NCBI GenBank assembly: GCA_021785065.1
Contig: JAJYGQ010000017.1
Span: 925-64,924 of the forward strand
Direction of reading: 5' to 3'
Source of the DNA: a bacterium
GTDB lineage: Bacteria > Patescibacteriota > Minisyncoccia > Phycocordibacterales > JAKAEA01
Length of the DNA stretch: 64,000 nt
Positions 60,851 through 64,000 of this stretch are shown here, one piece after another (position 1 is the first letter of the stretch; every line of letters starts with the position of its first letter). The position numbers and the translations under genes were made by a program. The notes under the pieces are model-generated. The model was not told the DNA's origin. It saw only the letters and a program-made list of their open reading frames with translations, and did no database searches.

Positions 60851-62023
60851 TTATAAACCGCCCAAATTTACTCCATGCTGCTGAGCGTGACCGACAGCGT
60901 TCCCATTGTCTTGACCCTTACCAGGATGAATCCAATCGGTTACTGATGCGCCACTTTGTTGGGCAGAATGAACGAGGTTGCTAATAGGGTCGCCGTTGCT
61001 ACTATTCTGTCCATTATTTTGACTATCGTTCTGGTTGAAATTTTGATTGTTATGCTGCGGCTGGTATGAATTTTCTGATGCACTATTTTGTGCGGATGTT
61101 GTTGTGGAAGCTGAAGAAGCGATACGTGCCGAAATAAAACTTGGTATTTTTTCTTGCGGTTGATTAATTGAAGCGTGGAATATTTGCTGGTGTCCGTGAT
61201 CTTTACCAGGACCAGGATTAGAAACTTCTACTGTTGTGCTGGCGGTGTTTGCTTGCGAACTTGTGGCAGCACTTTGATTAGTATTTTGTTGGGCATTAAT
61301 TTGCTCATGTATTTGTAGGCCAAAAGCATGGCCGTGGCTGCGGGCTATGGCGTCGAGCTGATTGAGGATTTGGGCGTGAGCATCCATATTTGCTTGAAAT
61401 TGGGCGCTAATATTTTGCGCCTGACTCGGATTGGTTTTAACAATCGAAGCGAGAGCGGTGTTGAGTGCTGCAGTGTGTTGAGCGAGCAAGTCAGAAAGTT
61501 GCTGCTCTTTCGCACTGTTGAGCTGGCCGGTTTTTGCTAGCATCTCGCCTTCTTGGAGGCGTTCGTTAGCAAAACTTACCGCGAGCGCCGCTTTAGCAGC
61601 TGGTGAAAATGCCAATGCTTCTTGCAGTGGTTCAGTCACATCAATTTTAACAGGGTAGAGAATATCGCCGGGGACGCTGCCTTGGGCAGCAAAAGCTACG
61701 CCGGTTCCAGAACAGATGAGAATGAGTACCGCAGCAACAAAAGCGTAGGTAAAACGTTGCTGGCGAGGGATAAAACCAACCGCCGATTTAAATCCTGAAG
61801 TAGTCCACAGGGCGATTGACGTCACGCTCCACCAACTTGCGGTTTTTCCTGTCGCGCTCGGCGAAGTGCGATCAAAGACACGCGAAAGCATTGCCCGCTT
61901 TTCGTCGCGCGTTAAATGGGTTTTGCGAAGCTCGCGCGCTCCAGCACGCACGCGTTCGTCGAGTTTCGGATTACCAGTATGCGGTTGAAATGAATGATTG
62001 TTCATAATTTTATGCGACGGCAT
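60851..62023 (-). CDS. DUF5667-like membrane protein, putative anti-sigma factor
   Basis: TM then SVPGDILYPVK...E...RL.E; overlaps the ECF sigma gene end. Confidence 0.7.
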   Translation of the reverse strand: MPSHKIMNNHSFQPHTGNPKLDERVRAGARELRKTHLTRDEKRAMLSRVFDRTSPSATGKTASWWSVTSIALWTTSGFKSAVGFIPRQQRFTYAFVAAVLILICSGTGVAFAAQGSVPGDILYPVKIDVTEPLQEALAFSPAAKAALAVSFANERLQEGEMLAKTGQLNSAKEQQLSDLLAQHTAALNTALASIVKTNPSQAQNISAQFQANMDAHAQILNQLDAIARSHGHAFGLQIHEQINAQQNTNQSAATSSQANTASTTVEVSNPGPGKDHGHQQIFHASINQPQEKIPSFISARIASSASTTTSAQNSASENSYQPQHNNQNFNQNDSQNNGQNSSNGDPISNLVHSAQQSGASVTDWIHPGKGQDNGNAVGHAQQHGVNLGGL

Positions 62024-62585
62024 CGCCGTGAATAGTGTAGCCAGTTTGCTCGCGCAATTTTTTCAGCGCCCGATTGATGCGGACGGAGGTGGCGTTGGTT
62101 GATATGCCTAGTATCTCGCCAATTTCGCCCGGCGGCAAACCTTCCACAAATCGCAGATAGAGCACCTGGCGGTCGCTCGGCTCGAGGGCGTTAATCTGCT
62201 CGAGGAGGAAACGGCCCTCGGCGCCGACAGGCATATGCTCCGCTGTTGCCGCAAAAGACGTTTCGTCGGGCACATCGGCGGTGTCGTGCTCATCGTCATC
62301 GCTCGTAAGCGCCTCAAGCGACACACTTTTGCGCGCGCGGTACCAATCTATAATAAGGTGATTGGCGACGGTGAATAAAAACGCGCGGGGATTGTGCATA
62401 GGCTTTGCCGTTTCCGGCTCCTCCTCATTTTTTAAAAACGTTTTCCAAAGTCGCACAAATGTCTCCTCGGCAATATCCATCGCGTGCTCGCGATCGGAAA
62501 CTCGGGCCAGGCAGAAGCGAAAAATAGCATCAACTTGGGCGTTGTAGATTTCGGTAAATTGTTTTTTAAGGCTTTCTATAGACAT
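62010..62585 (-). CDS. ECF RNA polymerase sigma factor
   Basis: D..EETF...W, AFLF.VA.H..ID.YR, region 4 EI..ILG....VRINRA. Confidence 0.93.
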   Translation of the reverse strand: MSIESLKKQFTEIYNAQVDAIFRFCLARVSDREHAMDIAEETFVRLWKTFLKNEEEPETAKPMHNPRAFLFTVANHLIIDWYRARKSVSLEALTSDDDEHDTADVPDETSFAATAEHMPVGAEGRFLLEQINALEPSDRQVLYLRFVEGLPPGEIGEILGISTNATSVRINRALKKLREQTGYTIHGDAVA

Positions 62586-62672
62586 ATAACGTTGGGAGAG
62601 GCTATTCTTTACCTAACAATAAAATACATTCTCCATTTCGTCTAGGTAAGGAATATGGCGGCGCAACGTTAT
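62586..62672. promoter_or_regulatory. pair of divergent putative ECF-sigma promoters
   Basis: TAGGTAA(A/G)GAATA-N8-CAACGTTAT on - (62615-62586) and + (62643-62672). Confidence 0.7.
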
Positions 62673-62736
62673 TTTAGAGGTATCACCACACGGTCACAAG
62701 CTGTTGATATCATTTATCACTAATTTATTTTTTATT

Positions 62737-63639
62737 ATGAACATTCGTTTTACTCATATTTTCGGTGGTGTAGTTGCGGCGACACTTTTTGCTGCGCTAC
62801 CTTTCGCTGCATTCGCGGATGCACCAAGTATGCCGGGCCACGGTCATGGTCGCGGTCACGCCTATGGTCTTATTGGTAAAGAAGTTGTGGCGAATGAAGA
62901 TACTACTTCTACCGAGAGTGAATTCCATAATTTTCTCGGCTCATTCCATGGTCTTTCAAAATATTTTGCGCCACAGCATGCCGTGTTTAATGACGACCGA
63001 GATGATGCTACCACGACTCTTCCCACTACCAACCTAACCATTACCAATGTTACCGTGAACGAGATCAGCTCAACCACGGCGCGCATCAGCTGGTTTAGCA
63101 ATTTGTCAGGCAATACAGAAGTGTGGCTGGGCACTACAACGCCAGTGAGTAGCTCCAACACGCCAACGCTCGATATCGGCAACAACACCTTCTATCATAC
63201 CGCTACGCTCACCGGACTTACCGCGAGCACGACCTACTACCTAGTAGTGGGTACTAAAGCGAGCGTTAATGGTTCTATGGCCACTTCATCAGGAATTACA
63301 TTCACCACTTCGCCCACGCCCGTTTTAGCTCCTGTCATTCATTCGATCTTTGGACCAACGAGTGTCGTAGCTGGTCAAAGCAATACCTGGACAATCAACG
63401 TGTCCGATGCGAATGCTGGAAATCTTACCTACTTAGTCACATGGGGTGACACTACCGGCACAACGACGCTCGTCTCGGTGAGCACACCGCCAGCCGCGCA
63501 AACCGTTACCTTCAGTCACATCTACGCCAACCCAGGCACGTACACCACCACCTTCTTGATTCGTGACGCTGCTGGTTTAACTGCGAGCTCCTCGATCAAT
63601 ATCATTGCCACCTCAACCGCCACAACAACGTCGAGCTAA
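62737..63639 (+). CDS. secreted protein with fibronectin type III-like and PKD domains
   Basis: Signal peptide; TTARISW...H.ATLTGLTASTTYY; WGD...SHIYANPGTY. Confidence 0.8.
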   Translation: MNIRFTHIFGGVVAATLFAALPFAAFADAPSMPGHGHGRGHAYGLIGKEVVANEDTTSTESEFHNFLGSFHGLSKYFAPQHAVFNDDRDDATTTLPTTNLTITNVTVNEISSTTARISWFSNLSGNTEVWLGTTTPVSSSNTPTLDIGNNTFYHTATLTGLTASTTYYLVVGTKASVNGSMATSSGITFTTSPTPVLAPVIHSIFGPTSVVAGQSNTWTINVSDANAGNLTYLVTWGDTTGTTTLVSVSTPPAAQTVTFSHIYANPGTYTTTFLIRDAAGLTASSSINIIATSTATTTSS

Positions 63640-63688
63640 TGCTCGCGTACTCGCTCTAGCATTAAGCGATTGAGGCAGGCGCCTAAAC

Positions 63689-63719
63689 AACAAAAGCCCT
63701 CCGACGGGGCTTTTGTTTT
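63689..63719. terminator. bidirectional terminator
   Basis: AACAAAAGCCC...GGGCTTTTGTT. Confidence 0.75.
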
Positions 63720-63762
63720 GGAAAATATTTTTGAGAAAAATAAATAGCGGTCGCGCGAACGT

Positions 63763-64000
63763 TCATTGGATGCTTTCAATGTCGTGCAAAATCTCGGCGG
63801 CGTGGTTGGCGGGATCGACTTTCGGATAGACGCGCAGGATGGTGCCGGCTTTGTGCGTCGTGCCGCCGACACTCGTATCGCTGGCGGCGATAAGGTAGGA
63901 GACGCGCGCCGTGCCGCCTTTGAACACGCCGCTCTCGCGAATCGCGCCATACGCGCGGATGGTCGCTTTCGTGGGGTCGGCGAGAAGGGTAAACGGCAGA
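63763..64000 (-). CDS. bcp: peroxiredoxin (Bcp family), C-terminal part (starts outside window)
   Basis: Manual translation LPFTLLADPTKATIRAYG...TARVSYLI...GTILRVYPKVDPANHAAEILHDIESIQ*. Confidence 0.8.
   Translation of the reverse strand, partial: LPFTLLADPTKATIRAYGAIRESGVFKGGTARVSYLIAASDTSVGGTTHKAGTILRVYPKVDPANHAAEILHDIESIQ

Noticed and set aside
63636-63950. 104-aa minus-strand ORF from the track
   Set aside because: Wrong frame; the overlapping frame encodes a recognisable Bcp peroxiredoxin C-terminus.

Overview
Chromosomal window from a small-genome bacterium, most likely Patescibacteria/CPR (Parcubacteria-like). This is inferred from the tandem VirB2-like pilins, short IF2 and SMC, NusB-NUDIX fusion, sortase with a VPYTG substrate and DUF5667 protein. 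The backbone is housekeeping: rpsA, gyrA, gyrB, infB, rbfA, clpB, rarA, pheS, thrS, dnaE, rnhB, nusB, rnc, smc, rnr, rpsP, trmD, miaA, parB, topA and 7 tRNAs. Many of these genes look leaderless. Accessory genes cluster near tRNA 3' ends. Main observations: (1) a 1543-aa protein with 7 tandem MerR-like wHTH repeats, a SNF2 ATPase and a SAM methyltransferase, beside tRNA-Trp and bracketed by 45-nt structured direct repeats; (2) four unrelated standalone ORFs sharing a promoter-boxA-like-SD leader and each having its own terminator; (3) an orphan PemK/MazF toxin with a predicted convergent structured sRNA; (4) a divergent pair of near-identical ECF-type promoter motifs; (5) several surface systems (pilins, MBG/YDG adhesin with cohesin/dockerin, sortase substrate, PEP-CTERM-like protein). 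All calls come from reading the sequence; no searches were run.
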